A DNA stretch of 64,000 nt from a virus (IMGVR_UViG_3300021431_004524:1-64000); one strand, 5' to 3'; shown: positions 37,177 through 46,926, counted from the first letter of the stretch. Numbers and translations: made by a program. The notes: generated from the sequence alone by a model not told the origin.

Positions 37177-39681
37177 TTATATACAACTCCTTAAATATAA
37201 TATACCGGCAATTAATGTTTTGCATTCCGAAACTTTGGATAAATCCATTTTTGAAAGAAATTCTTTTTTACATTCGACTGTAGCATTAAGCAAATCAATT
37301 GGTATTGCATTAAGTCTACCGTTTGATAAAAGTTTTGAATATTTATCTATTCGTATTTCATCTATTACAATCTGATTATTTGAAATATTGTTATTATAAT
37401 ATTCTAATTTTGTATCAGAATTAATTTCAGATGGTTTGATTTTTTCTTGTTTTTCATTAAACAAACTATGGTCTTCAGTAACATCAATACTCATTTTAAC
37501 TTCATCGTCGCTAATTCTGTATATGGGTTTTGTGGTTTTATGACGGTAGATATAAGATGGTTCTACCCACCCGCTTCTGCAAAGCACTTTGAAATCTTTT
37601 TTTGAATAATCATATTCTCTACCTAAACCATCAAATTCTATTTTATCTTCATTAACAAGTTCTGAGATTGGTTTAATGTCAATTAATCCACTATTATTGT
37701 ATTTTATAAATAATGGAGTGTCCTCTGTAAATGAATCTCCCACTATTGGGGTATAACCAATATTTGTAAAATGAGAAATCATAAGACGAAGCATTTGTCG
37801 ACCAGTACAAGTTGTTTCCTCTGCACATTCAAGGTCAGACCAAGGAAATATGCCACCCGAACCATAAGACCCAAAAAAGCCGTTCCCCACAACCTTCAAA
37901 GGTAATTGCATCTTATCATTACGCATCTTAAGCATTTTGGCTGTTTGCTGCTTATCTTTCAGGTCGTTAAGCATTGCTTCTGTAAGTCTATCTATCTCTT
38001 CTTTAATACGTTTTGCTATTTCATCAGCCTCATCACCATATTTACCTTTAAGTTCTTTATAGTATTCACGTTGAGTAAGAATATAGTTAAGAAGAGCAGA
38101 CATCACATCCATAAGGTCAATTTCAGACCTAATCCCAAACGTGAGAATAATTGACGGATAAAGTGAATTATAGTCAAGTTTTACAATTCTATCAACATAG
38201 CCGACTTTAAGTAATCGGGACAAACCGCCAGTAAATGCTTTCTGTTGAATTAATTCAGGTACAGCCAAGTTATTTTCATAACTCCATGCAAGCATAATAT
38301 ATTTCCAAATAGCGGCAGTACCCATTGTACACATCTTTTCATAAGATACCGGAAGCATCTTACCTACAAGATAGTTAGACTGATTGTATCGTAATTCAAT
38401 TTTATCAGTTTCCCACAAGTCATCAAGAAGATAACGTTGTACTACATATCTACCGGTGACAAATTCAAATTTTTCATCATTTTCATTGTCAATGAGCATT
38501 TGTTTACCGTCTTCCTCATACCTATTATATCTTAATTGACCATCAGAAGTTGTTTTGGCAAGTAATTTTTCATCGACTTTGAACCAATGTCCGTTTTCAT
38601 CATTAAATGCATAGTCCGGATTTAAATCTTCCCATGTCGTGTTAATTATTTTACCCGGAACATAAACACGATTCTTCTTGGCAATATTTGAATATTTGGT
38701 TACATATTTCAATGTTGCCGATTTCATATTTGAATCGAGTGCTTGAGCACGTCTTACAGCAAACAATGAATCAGTAAGGTTTGTTCCCCACATTACAGTT
38801 GGGAAGTAATATTCCATTTCACCGCCAAGTTTAAGGACTTGCTGTTTCTTTTTCTTATATACACCCTTTCTGAAATATTTAAGAGTGAAATCACCCATTT
38901 TAATATCAGCAAGACTAAGACGGACATCAACAAAATTCCAGTCAAAGTTTTCTGTGTTATGCCCGGTTATGATATCCGGTTGTAATTCCTTGATTATTTC
39001 AAAAAATTCACATATTGCCGCTAATTCGTTCTTACGTTTTTCCTTACCTGTACCGGTAACTGTGATGATTTTCTCAAATCCTTTGTTTGTCCTAATACCA
39101 ATTTGGCTGATTGCATGGATTTGTGGGTCAAGTCCTTCCGTCTCCAAGTCCCATTCCATTCGTAGAAGGTCATCATAATCATCATATCCTTTAAACATTC
39201 TACGTCCGGTTTGTATCATATACTGTTCAACAGGAGAAACAGCAATATATTCCTTTAATCCGTAATTTTTATCACGTTGTCTAGGATATACCGGTCTTCC
39301 CGCTTTTTTGAAAAAATCCATGAATTTAGAATAGGTCATAGGAACTTTTGCATAGAACATAAGTTTATAACCATTCTTCATGCGTTCCGGTTCTGAACCG
39401 TCATCACGTGTAGTTCTTAATGCTTTTACACCGATTCCATATTCAGACAAGTTAAGTCTTATCTGTTTTCTGTCACCATTGAATAAGTTTTGTGCGGTTG
39501 TTTCTTTACACCATATAAAAGGGAAGAAATTGTCTCTTTTAATACGTTTTTTCCCTTGTTCGTCACGATAGATAATACTTACCTTATCATCATTGTATTC
39601 ACATTCTATCTTAATAATCCTTTCCATTGGGTCAGAACCAGATAAAAATGCATCAATCTGTTCTTTTGTAACTTTTGACAT
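37177..39681 (-). CDS. DNA polymerase B, N-terminal half (3'-5' exonuclease + motifs A,B; 649 aa) fused to 185-aa split-intein N fragment
   Basis: WDLET (ExoI), GHNTENFDW (ExoII), LDYNSLYPSI (A), KVVGNGFFG (B), ends IVGD then intein SFTEDTP. Confidence 0.92.
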   Translation of the reverse strand: MSKVTKEQIDAFLSGSDPMERIIKIECEYNDDKVSIIYRDEQGKKRIKRDNFFPFIWCKETTAQNLFNGDRKQIRLNLSEYGIGVKALRTTRDDGSEPERMKNGYKLMFYAKVPMTYSKFMDFFKKAGRPVYPRQRDKNYGLKEYIAVSPVEQYMIQTGRRMFKGYDDYDDLLRMEWDLETEGLDPQIHAISQIGIRTNKGFEKIITVTGTGKEKRKNELAAICEFFEIIKELQPDIITGHNTENFDWNFVDVRLSLADIKMGDFTLKYFRKGVYKKKKQQVLKLGGEMEYYFPTVMWGTNLTDSLFAVRRAQALDSNMKSATLKYVTKYSNIAKKNRVYVPGKIINTTWEDLNPDYAFNDENGHWFKVDEKLLAKTTSDGQLRYNRYEEDGKQMLIDNENDEKFEFVTGRYVVQRYLLDDLWETDKIELRYNQSNYLVGKMLPVSYEKMCTMGTAAIWKYIMLAWSYENNLAVPELIQQKAFTGGLSRLLKVGYVDRIVKLDYNSLYPSIILTFGIRSEIDLMDVMSALLNYILTQREYYKELKGKYGDEADEIAKRIKEEIDRLTEAMLNDLKDKQQTAKMLKMRNDKMQLPLKVVGNGFFGSYGSGGIFPWSDLECAEETTCTGRQMLRLMISHFTNIGYTPIVGDSFTEDTPLFIKYNNSGLIDIKPISELVNEDKIEFDGLGREYDYSKKDFKVLCRSGWVEPSYIYRHKTTKPIYRISDDEVKMSIDVTEDHSLFNEKQEKIKPSEINSDTKLEYYNNNISNNQIVIDEIRIDKYSKLLSNGRLNAIPIDLLNATVECKKEFLSKMDLSKVSECKTLIAGILYLRSCI
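37180..37734 (-). mobile_element. split intein N-fragment (IntN, 185 aa)
   Basis: block A SFTEDTPLFIK, YIYRHK, block B VTEDHSLF; no block F/G before the stop. Confidence 0.88.
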
Positions 39682-39753
39682 GATTATTTTTAATTAATTC
39701 TTATTTAATCCAGTTAAGCCACACCTACATGGGCATCATGGATATTTCTACGG

Positions 39754-39785
39754 CAAATATACTGTAAATATTCTATATTTCCAAG
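39754..39785 (-). promoter_or_regulatory. Bacteroidota-type promoter for PolN-IntN
   Basis: CTTG-N20-TATATTTG(CC) about 70 nt before ATG 39681. Confidence 0.65.
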
Positions 39786-39883
39786 TAATTAAATGTTAAA
39801 TTTATATAATATTTATAATTGATATGAATATTATATTAATGGTAAAGTAGCACAAAAGAGAATTGTAATACAGAAGAAATAAA

Positions 39884-40285
39884 CTATTTTTTTATCCCAC
39901 TGTCACTTATAGTAATAATCAAATCTTCGGCAATTGGTGCAATTAATTCGCCTTTTGGAAAAGTCATTCCATCAATTGAAATATTATCATCGAATTTAAT
40001 CTTAAATTGTCCTATATAGTTACCGGGGGTATCTGTATCACGTTTGTTCCAACGATATTCAATTACATAGGCTTCTTCACAACCAGTATCTTCTTTTTCC
40101 ACTACATATGCTTTTGCATTGGCAATTTTCTTAACGCCTGTTTCCATATTGGTCATCGTAAATGTAACTGTTGCTGCTTGAAGCGCAAGATAAGCCTTGC
40201 GGAAGTCGTTTCTTCCGTCGTTTATTACCTCCATACGTAAATTTGGAAGAGTTGAGTTTTTTGCTAAAAAGAAATATTGTGCCAT
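39884..40285 (-). CDS. BppU-N/Ig-like small virion protein
   Basis: ATVTFTM...IEYRW...DTDTPGNYIGQFKIKF pattern; TATTTAT upstream. Confidence 0.6.
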   Translation of the reverse strand: MAQYFFLAKNSTLPNLRMEVINDGRNDFRKAYLALQAATVTFTMTNMETGVKKIANAKAYVVEKEDTGCEEAYVIEYRWNKRDTDTPGNYIGQFKIKFDDNISIDGMTFPKGELIAPIAEDLIITISDSGIKK

Positions 40286-40306
40286 ATCAAGTTAATTCTA
40301 TTTTAG

Positions 40307-40318
40307 ATAAATATTTAT
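40307..40318. promoter_or_regulatory. palindromic double TATTTAT (ATAAATATTTAT), putative bidirectional late promoter
   Basis: 21 nt from ATG 40285 (-) and 23 nt from ATG 40342 (+). Confidence 0.65.
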
Positions 40319-40341
40319 TAAAATAAAGATAATATGAAAAT

Positions 40342-41505
40342 ATGGCGTTAAGCAAGGAAAAAGAAAAACTTTTCAGACAAGTAAGGACACGTTTGGGTGT
40401 TAAGGTACGTTCAGTTGAACTTACCGATGACATGTTGTGTGATTTACTTGAGCAGGCCGTTGGTGATTATACGGAAAAAGTACAGAATTTCATTATAGAG
40501 TCAAACTGGGCACAGTTATACGGAAAGAATTTCAACAACGAAATAACAAATCAAGATATAGCATACGCCTTAACAACACGTTCTCTTGATATGATGAAGG
40601 ATTTCGGTGATTGGTTTTCAAAACAAGTTGGACTTCAGCAACACGGTAAATGGGAACTTAAAAAGGATTTCTTCAAAATAGAAGAAGGAAGACAAGTGTA
40701 TTTAGTTCCTGCCGGTAGGGAAATAAATAAGGTACTTTGGATTACCCCGCCAACCACGCACACTGCTTTATGGGCTAACTATGGTGGTTTTAGTACCGCT
40801 TTTGGCGGCGGAGTTCAAGGTCAGATGGGTCTTGGTGCTGCAAGCATTTTCGGTGGCATAGGTAGTGGCTATGGTATGGGTGTCGGTATGTGGGCATTAC
40901 CAATGGCTGATGTGGCTACTATGGCAGCAGATTTATCATTCAAGAACCAGATGATACGTAGTGACCTTGTTTATAAAGTAACCGCAGGTCCTGATGGTTC
41001 ACATTTAATACATCTTTTATCAACACCAGGGAGTAAACTCACATTTGGTGCAGGTGGTATGCCAGGTATGTATTCATTAAAAGACTGTTATGTGTGGTAT
41101 ACATACTATGATACTAATCCAAGTAATGCGGATGAATGTAGAAAGGATAATCCGTTTGTGATTCTTTCACCGGACCAAGTACCAATGGATGAAATTGACT
41201 ATGAATTGTTAAACACACCATCAAAGAATATTGTTCGTCAATTATTAGTTGGCTTGGCTGCTGAGACATTAGCATTGATACGTGGAAAATTCAGTGGTTC
41301 TATAAATATGATTAGCAGTCCGTTACAAATGGATTATGGCCAATTGATGACTCTTGGTAATCGTGAGAGAGATAATGCTATGAATGACTTGAAAGAACGT
41401 CTGTTACGTATGTCCCCTTATGAAATAATGAAGAAAAATGCAGATATGGCAGATGATTTAAGACGTTTACAAAAGAGTGTTCCATTAGGAATTTATCGAC
41501 ATTAA
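40342..41505 (+). CDS. neck/head-tail adaptor protein, T4 gp13-like
   Basis: VRTRLG...VELTDD...LEQAV; C-terminal IRGKFSG...MDYGQL...ER. Confidence 0.7.
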   Translation: MALSKEKEKLFRQVRTRLGVKVRSVELTDDMLCDLLEQAVGDYTEKVQNFIIESNWAQLYGKNFNNEITNQDIAYALTTRSLDMMKDFGDWFSKQVGLQQHGKWELKKDFFKIEEGRQVYLVPAGREINKVLWITPPTTHTALWANYGGFSTAFGGGVQGQMGLGAASIFGGIGSGYGMGVGMWALPMADVATMAADLSFKNQMIRSDLVYKVTAGPDGSHLIHLLSTPGSKLTFGAGGMPGMYSLKDCYVWYTYYDTNPSNADECRKDNPFVILSPDQVPMDEIDYELLNTPSKNIVRQLLVGLAAETLALIRGKFSGSINMISSPLQMDYGQLMTLGNRERDNAMNDLKERLLRMSPYEIMKKNADMADDLRRLQKSVPLGIYRH

Positions 41506-41523
41506 TAGGAAATACAATTACTT

Positions 41524-42228
41524 ATGAGAATTATTAAATTAACAGAAAGTCAATACGATGATATTTGGAATGACCCATTGTTGGATGATAAAAACGTGTT
41601 TTCATATGAAACACTTAAAACAATGGATTGGAAGAATGGCATAGAGCTTGATGCCTATTGTCAGAGGTGTGGATTATCTAAAATAGGTGAAGGTATTGGT
41701 CGTAATGTATATGCAATTGATGATAATCTTGTAATAAAGGTTTCAAAGAAAAGCCATGACCAAAACGAAGGTGAGGTATTTGCTTATCGTAATATGTCAG
41801 ATGAATTGAAAGAAATGGTTCCGACTATCTTTGCGTATGATAAAAAGAATATCAGACCAATGTGGATTATTACAGAACGTGTACTTCCGGCAAGTTATGC
41901 GGATTTTCAGAAACTATTAGGTATCGATTTCGGTAGTTATGAAAGTCAGCAAGATATGAAGGATATGAAAAATGATTTGGAGACATATAAAAAGTATCCG
42001 AGCAATAAAGGAAACGGACTTAATCTGATGATGTTCCTTGAAGATTACGGAGATGGCGACATATCATTATATATGAACGATTTGAAACACAACGGATGGT
42101 TAAATACATTATGTAAGATGTTGAACCAAGGTTTCGTGTCTTATTGGGAACTTGAAAATATCGCAAATTGGGGGTTGGTTCATAGAAATGGTAAAACGAA
42201 TATCATAATTCTCGATACAGGTATGTGA
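41524..42228 (+). CDS. protein-kinase-like fold protein with N-terminal IIKLTESQ tag
   Basis: IGEGIGRNVY (Gly loop), VIKV, QNEGE, ITERV, ELENIANWG, IILDTG. Confidence 0.65.
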   Translation: MRIIKLTESQYDDIWNDPLLDDKNVFSYETLKTMDWKNGIELDAYCQRCGLSKIGEGIGRNVYAIDDNLVIKVSKKSHDQNEGEVFAYRNMSDELKEMVPTIFAYDKKNIRPMWIITERVLPASYADFQKLLGIDFGSYESQQDMKDMKNDLETYKKYPSNKGNGLNLMMFLEDYGDGDISLYMNDLKHNGWLNTLCKMLNQGFVSYWELENIANWGLVHRNGKTNIIILDTGM

Positions 42229-42233
42229 ACTAA

Positions 42234-42662
42234 TTATACGAACCTCATTCTGATATCACGTTTTGCAAACATTGATTCAACATCGTCAATCTTATCACCA
42301 AAGTGTATTACAATTCGGCATGGTTCCGGATATTCCTCGGCATCATCCAAGTTCTCATATGCCAATGCTATAATTTGGTCTCTACAGTCTTGCATACTGT
42401 AACAGCAATTATCTTGTGCAAGGTCAAGTTTGATATATGTTTTAACCTCTTTAATATAATCATACATGTTGTCGGCAATCATCAAAGTTTCAAGTTTCTC
42501 ATTACAACTTGGTTTTTCAGACCATCCGTCAGCAAATGTGTCTTCAGTGTTTTCCGACAAAAGAAAATGATATATATTAAATCCATCACTGTCACGACCT
42601 ATATATAATATGAATACCACTTTTAAGTTTGAGGTATCAATGAAATCTAAATCTGAAATCAT
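42234..42662 (-). CDS. hypothetical protein
   Basis: 142 aa, coupled to exonuclease gene. Confidence 0.75.
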   Translation of the reverse strand: MISDLDFIDTSNLKVVFILYIGRDSDGFNIYHFLLSENTEDTFADGWSEKPSCNEKLETLMIADNMYDYIKEVKTYIKLDLAQDNCCYSMQDCRDQIIALAYENLDDAEEYPEPCRIVIHFGDKIDDVESMFAKRDIRMRFV

Positions 42663-42663
42663 A

Positions 42664-43170
42664 TTAATCAGTAAGTAAGTATTTTTCTCTTATTTTAGAA
42701 TATATTTCACCACATGCCCTTGCATCGTCTAATGCATTATGATGGTGTTTTAACCTTATTTTTAAATATCTGCACACAGTGTCCAATTTGTGATTGTATA
42801 ATTTTTTAAAATAATTTCTGCTTAATTTTAATGTGTCGATAAATTCATAGTCACACTTTGTGCCAAATTCTTCGTTACAGGCAATTAAGCAACTCTTCTC
42901 AAAGCCTGCATTATGCGCAACAATAGGGCTATCACCTATCATTTTATCTATTTTTTCCCACACTTCCGGAAATTTAGGTGCATCCTTTACGTCATTATAA
43001 TGTATTCCATGTATTTTAACACAATGATATTCCTCTAATTTCGTAGGCGGACATACAAGACTGTAAAATTCGTCTACAATCTTACCGTCCTCAAATATCA
43101 CACATGACGCAGAACAAACCGAACAACGCCAATGTTCAAGTGTTTCAAAATCTAATGCCGCATATCTCAT
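42664..43170 (-). CDS. DEDDh 3'-5' exonuclease (DnaQ/epsilon-like)
   Basis: ALDFET, VAHNAGFE, IDTL, HHNALDDA. Confidence 0.9.
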   Translation of the reverse strand: MRYAALDFETLEHWRCSVCSASCVIFEDGKIVDEFYSLVCPPTKLEEYHCVKIHGIHYNDVKDAPKFPEVWEKIDKMIGDSPIVAHNAGFEKSCLIACNEEFGTKCDYEFIDTLKLSRNYFKKLYNHKLDTVCRYLKIRLKHHHNALDDARACGEIYSKIREKYLLTD

Positions 43171-43171
43171 A

Positions 43172-45181
43172 TTATTTATCTTTTTCAGCCTTTATTGTTT
43201 CATCCATTACAAGTCCCTTACGTAATACTTTTTCAAACATGTCTTGCGAAATTGAATCTGTAAACAATTGATATATACACAATGCATCCTCTTTCTGTGT
43301 TATACGGTATATACGGTCTTGCATCTGTCTGTTTGATGTTTCAAGCCAACTGTAACTGTTGAATATCATTATATGTGACGCAGTAAGGGTTAAGCCTACA
43401 CCGGCTGATTCAATTTGTCCGATAAACACCTTTATCTTAGGATTTTCCATAAATTCTTTTTCAGACTTATCCTTTTGTTTGGGTGTCATTTTACCGTCAT
43501 ATACGACTGCTTGCTTACCATAATATTCTTTAAAGGCATTGATTTCACTTGTAAAGTTACATGCAATGATGACTTTTTCACCATCCTCAATGTAATCATT
43601 TGCAAGTTCAATCGTATTAGGAACCATTTCCCTTGCAAGGAACTGTCTTACCAATGTTCCTTCGACCAATTGTCTGTATTCTTCATTTGTATTATCACCG
43701 TTTTCCTCTTGTGCTTCAACATATTCGTCCCACAATCTGTCATATTCTTCTTTCTGTCTATCATCAAGGTCATAATACCTTGTATCAAGACTTTTATTAA
43801 CCATTCCGGGAATATCAGATGAAAGTCTTCTTATATATACATGTTTGATTTTTTCCCTTAATTCATTAAGATTTGTAGAACCTTGTGGTATTATAAGACT
43901 ATCGGCATTTTCATCAATATATTTTACGGCATCTTTTCTTTTTTCGTTATTCATTGAAGCCCAACTTGTTCCATGTGTATATTCATATTTTGCAAGCCAT
44001 TTCTTCCATTCTCCGGGTTTATATAACTTTTTACCATCACAGTATGTGTTTATATAGTATTCATAGTCTTTTGTTACATCAGCATCAATAAGCCTAAGAA
44101 TGTAATATAAATTCATTGGTGTATTAGTCAAAGGTGTGCCGGTTAAAAGGAAAACATGTTTTATGTCTGATTTTCTTAAGAAATCATAAATAACTTTATA
44201 ACGGTTGGAAGTGTTGTTTGAAAGTTTCTGTGCTTCGTCAATAATTACACAGTCGAAGTTAGAGGTAAACAGCGGACTATTGAGTAAAGCCTTTTTTATA
44301 TCATTTTTCTTATTTGACTTTACTTGTTTATTTACCATCTTACCCGTCTTCTTATCTTTAATCATGACAGGCACTTTAAGTTTCTCAACTTCACCGTTCT
44401 TTCCTTGTATTTCCTCAATTTTATACTCATTTTCATACGGTATCTCATAGTAATTCTGAACAATATCATAGTTGATTATAGTGAATTTACCAGTTGAACC
44501 GTCCCATTTTGAACCTTTAATCACAACAATATCTTCAGGTTTTTCAAATAAAGAAACCTCACGTTTCCAAGTTGATTTCAAAGAGGCTGTCGTGATAACA
44601 AGGATTTTCTTGCAACCGCTTTCCAATGAACTTACGATTGCTTGAATCGTTTTTCCTAATCCCATTTGGTCTGCTAAGACACACTTTTTATTACCGACAA
44701 GGAATTTAATACCATCTTCCTGGTGTTGTTTTAGATTCATTCCATACTCAGAGAGTTTATTGTTATATGGAGTGAAATCTATGTCAATTGATTTATAATC
44801 AACAACGTGTATCGGTGTAAGTATTTGTTTCTTACTCAAAAACATTAATGCCGGTGGTATGGAATTTCTGTATTGTGCATAGCAATGATAAGAGTTTTTC
44901 ATTTCACCGATTATTGTAGTTATCCTTAATTTTTCCGGAGTAAAATCAATATCGTATTTCTCTTGAAGTTTTTCCCCAAGTTGTTTTGATATTTTAACTA
45001 TCTTATTGACGTTATCTGATATATAATCCTTGTTCTTGATTATGTATTCGGTTTCAAACCCATCTTCAGTCAAGATGAGTTTGTGCAGTTCATTCATTCT
45101 TTTGTAGTAAAGAATCTGATTGTTTGTTCCGCAGTATTCTTCAAGTATTCTATATGCTTTACTTATCGGGCTTTCTTTCAT
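43172..45181 (-). CDS. SNF2-family helicase/ATPase
   Basis: LADQMGLGKT, IIDEAQ, LTGTP, GVGLTLT, QMQDRIYRITQ. Confidence 0.92.
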   Translation of the reverse strand: MKESPISKAYRILEEYCGTNNQILYYKRMNELHKLILTEDGFETEYIIKNKDYISDNVNKIVKISKQLGEKLQEKYDIDFTPEKLRITTIIGEMKNSYHCYAQYRNSIPPALMFLSKKQILTPIHVVDYKSIDIDFTPYNNKLSEYGMNLKQHQEDGIKFLVGNKKCVLADQMGLGKTIQAIVSSLESGCKKILVITTASLKSTWKREVSLFEKPEDIVVIKGSKWDGSTGKFTIINYDIVQNYYEIPYENEYKIEEIQGKNGEVEKLKVPVMIKDKKTGKMVNKQVKSNKKNDIKKALLNSPLFTSNFDCVIIDEAQKLSNNTSNRYKVIYDFLRKSDIKHVFLLTGTPLTNTPMNLYYILRLIDADVTKDYEYYINTYCDGKKLYKPGEWKKWLAKYEYTHGTSWASMNNEKRKDAVKYIDENADSLIIPQGSTNLNELREKIKHVYIRRLSSDIPGMVNKSLDTRYYDLDDRQKEEYDRLWDEYVEAQEENGDNTNEEYRQLVEGTLVRQFLAREMVPNTIELANDYIEDGEKVIIACNFTSEINAFKEYYGKQAVVYDGKMTPKQKDKSEKEFMENPKIKVFIGQIESAGVGLTLTASHIMIFNSYSWLETSNRQMQDRIYRITQKEDALCIYQLFTDSISQDMFEKVLRKGLVMDETIKAEKDK

Positions 45182-45204
45182 TATCAGTTTATACCTCTTA
45201 TATG

Positions 45205-45235
45205 CAAATATACTACATTTGTTTTAAACCACAAA
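45205..45235 (-). promoter_or_regulatory. Bacteroidota-type promoter for helicase-exonuclease operon
   Basis: TTTG-N19-TATATTTG(CA); back-to-back with TATTTAT at 45237-45243 on plus strand. Confidence 0.7.
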
Positions 45236-45262
45236 CTATTTATAGATATATTTTACTGGAAT

Positions 45263-45787
45263 ATGCCAAATAATTTACGTACACCGATTACAAGAAACGA
45301 TAAATTCTATTCAGAGGAAGACTTTGAATACGAAACAGACTTGCTCATGGAATATCTTGAGGAAGACTTAAATCAAACTGTGGTCGTGTATGAAGTTGAT
45401 AGACAGAAAACTAATATTAATGCCGTTTATAAAGAAGCAAAGGACGGACAAATAAGATTTAAAGCACCAAAGGAAATACCTTGTATGTATGAACTCAAAG
45501 ATGCTGATATTAAAACTTATGATTCAAAGACGAATACGGGTGTTTATGTGGTTAATGGTAATCTTATATTGCATGTAATGCCTAAAATCCTCGAAAAATA
45601 TAAATGTGATATAAGAAGAGGTGATTATATCGGCCTTCAAATTGATACCAACAGAATGGTCTATTTCTCCGTTGTAAATGACGGAAAGGTAAATACAGCC
45701 AACAGATATCATGTCGGGGCATATAAGATTGCATGGAGAGAAATTACATGTGCCCCCGTACCGGAAAATGAATTTAAAGGAGAGTAA
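45263..45787 (+). CDS. head-closure/neck protein (gp14-like candidate)
   Basis: ATG 45263 (MPNNLR), 19 nt after TATTTAT; VYEVD...NAVYKE, DIRRGDYI; position before tail genes. Confidence 0.55.
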   Translation: MPNNLRTPITRNDKFYSEEDFEYETDLLMEYLEEDLNQTVVVYEVDRQKTNINAVYKEAKDGQIRFKAPKEIPCMYELKDADIKTYDSKTNTGVYVVNGNLILHVMPKILEKYKCDIRRGDYIGLQIDTNRMVYFSVVNDGKVNTANRYHVGAYKIAWREITCAPVPENEFKGE

Positions 45788-45789
45788 TA

Positions 45790-46926
45790 ATGCGTAAAGG
45801 ACAACCGAAAAAGAATATCGTACCCATAAGATTTAAAGATAAGTCATTTGGTAATGAAAGACGTAGGAATTTTCCAAGGGAGATTCTTTATAAGGAAACT
45901 GAATTGCCAAAACCTTTGAACTATGATGACATAGATTCTTCTTTTGAAGAATTTGTGAAGGAAGAAGTCGCAAAATTCAACAATACCATTTATCCGGTCT
46001 TTACCCTTTACAGCAATCAGAGATTCAGTGAGTATTCTCAGAATTGGGAACATACGGATGAGGATGGTAATCTATTACTCAATTTTGTTACAGTCAACAG
46101 AGATAGTAACCCAAAACCCGGTTCTAACCAAGGTGAACTGTGGAACATACCGGGAGACAGATACTATACAATGCTTATAAAGGATGTGCTTGATGACAAC
46201 GGAACGGAAAGTTATGAGATATATTCGATGAAACAGCCTTATGCAGTCGATTTGAGTTATCGTATAAATTTTATGACTTCAACCTATGAAAACATCAATG
46301 ATTTCAATAACCGTATTAATGAACTGTTTAAGGCAAGACAATGTTATATAAGACCTAATGGTCATTTTATACCTATGATTGTAGAGGAAATAAATGATGA
46401 AACGTCTTATAGTATAGACGAACGTAGATTCTTTCTTCAATCGATAGGAATTAAGGTGATGGCATACATCATCAATAAAGAGGATTTTAAAGTTGAGAAG
46501 AAACCAAAACATATAATGATGTTTATGGAAGGCGATGCAAAAAGACCTACTCCAACAGTCGATATTGATGAATATGAAGGAAATAACCCATTAGAATACC
46601 GTTCAGTTGACCTTACAGTTAATTTCAGTGAATATTATGAAAAGGTTGAATTTGATATTGATAGTGATTTAGTCGTTGAAACGACATCAAAGACAAATGT
46701 CAGAAGTATGAGACTCTTCGTTAATGATACTATGTACTACATTGACAAAGGATTTAAGTTGAAGAACGGTGATAATATTAAGATAAAAATAAATAAATAC
46801 GACATATCTGATAAGGCAACCATTGTTTTCAATGGATATAATCCGAATTATGTCTATAACACTGAAGTTACTCCAGAAAAGGTGAGTGATGAAGTCGTTA
46901 AGCATGAAGAGATAAATATTGATTAA
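45790..46926 (+). CDS. tail completion/terminator-like protein (gp15-like candidate)
   Basis: 378 aa; QPYAVDLSYRI...INDFN; position upstream of sheath. Confidence 0.5.
   Translation: MRKGQPKKNIVPIRFKDKSFGNERRRNFPREILYKETELPKPLNYDDIDSSFEEFVKEEVAKFNNTIYPVFTLYSNQRFSEYSQNWEHTDEDGNLLLNFVTVNRDSNPKPGSNQGELWNIPGDRYYTMLIKDVLDDNGTESYEIYSMKQPYAVDLSYRINFMTSTYENINDFNNRINELFKARQCYIRPNGHFIPMIVEEINDETSYSIDERRFFLQSIGIKVMAYIINKEDFKVEKKPKHIMMFMEGDAKRPTPTVDIDEYEGNNPLEYRSVDLTVNFSEYYEKVEFDIDSDLVVETTSKTNVRSMRLFVNDTMYYIDKGFKLKNGDNIKIKINKYDISDKATIVFNGYNPNYVYNTEVTPEKVSDEVVKHEEINID

Noticed and set aside
35161-37177. Group I/II intron explaining the polymerase interruption
   Set aside because: Only 58 and 73 nt flank the endonuclease, both AT-rich and holding promoter motifs. 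Intein blocks explain the junction exactly.
45083-45262. N-terminal extension of the 45083..45787 ORF
   Set aside because: Overlaps the helicase start and divergent promoters; ATG 45263 after TATTTAT is the better start.
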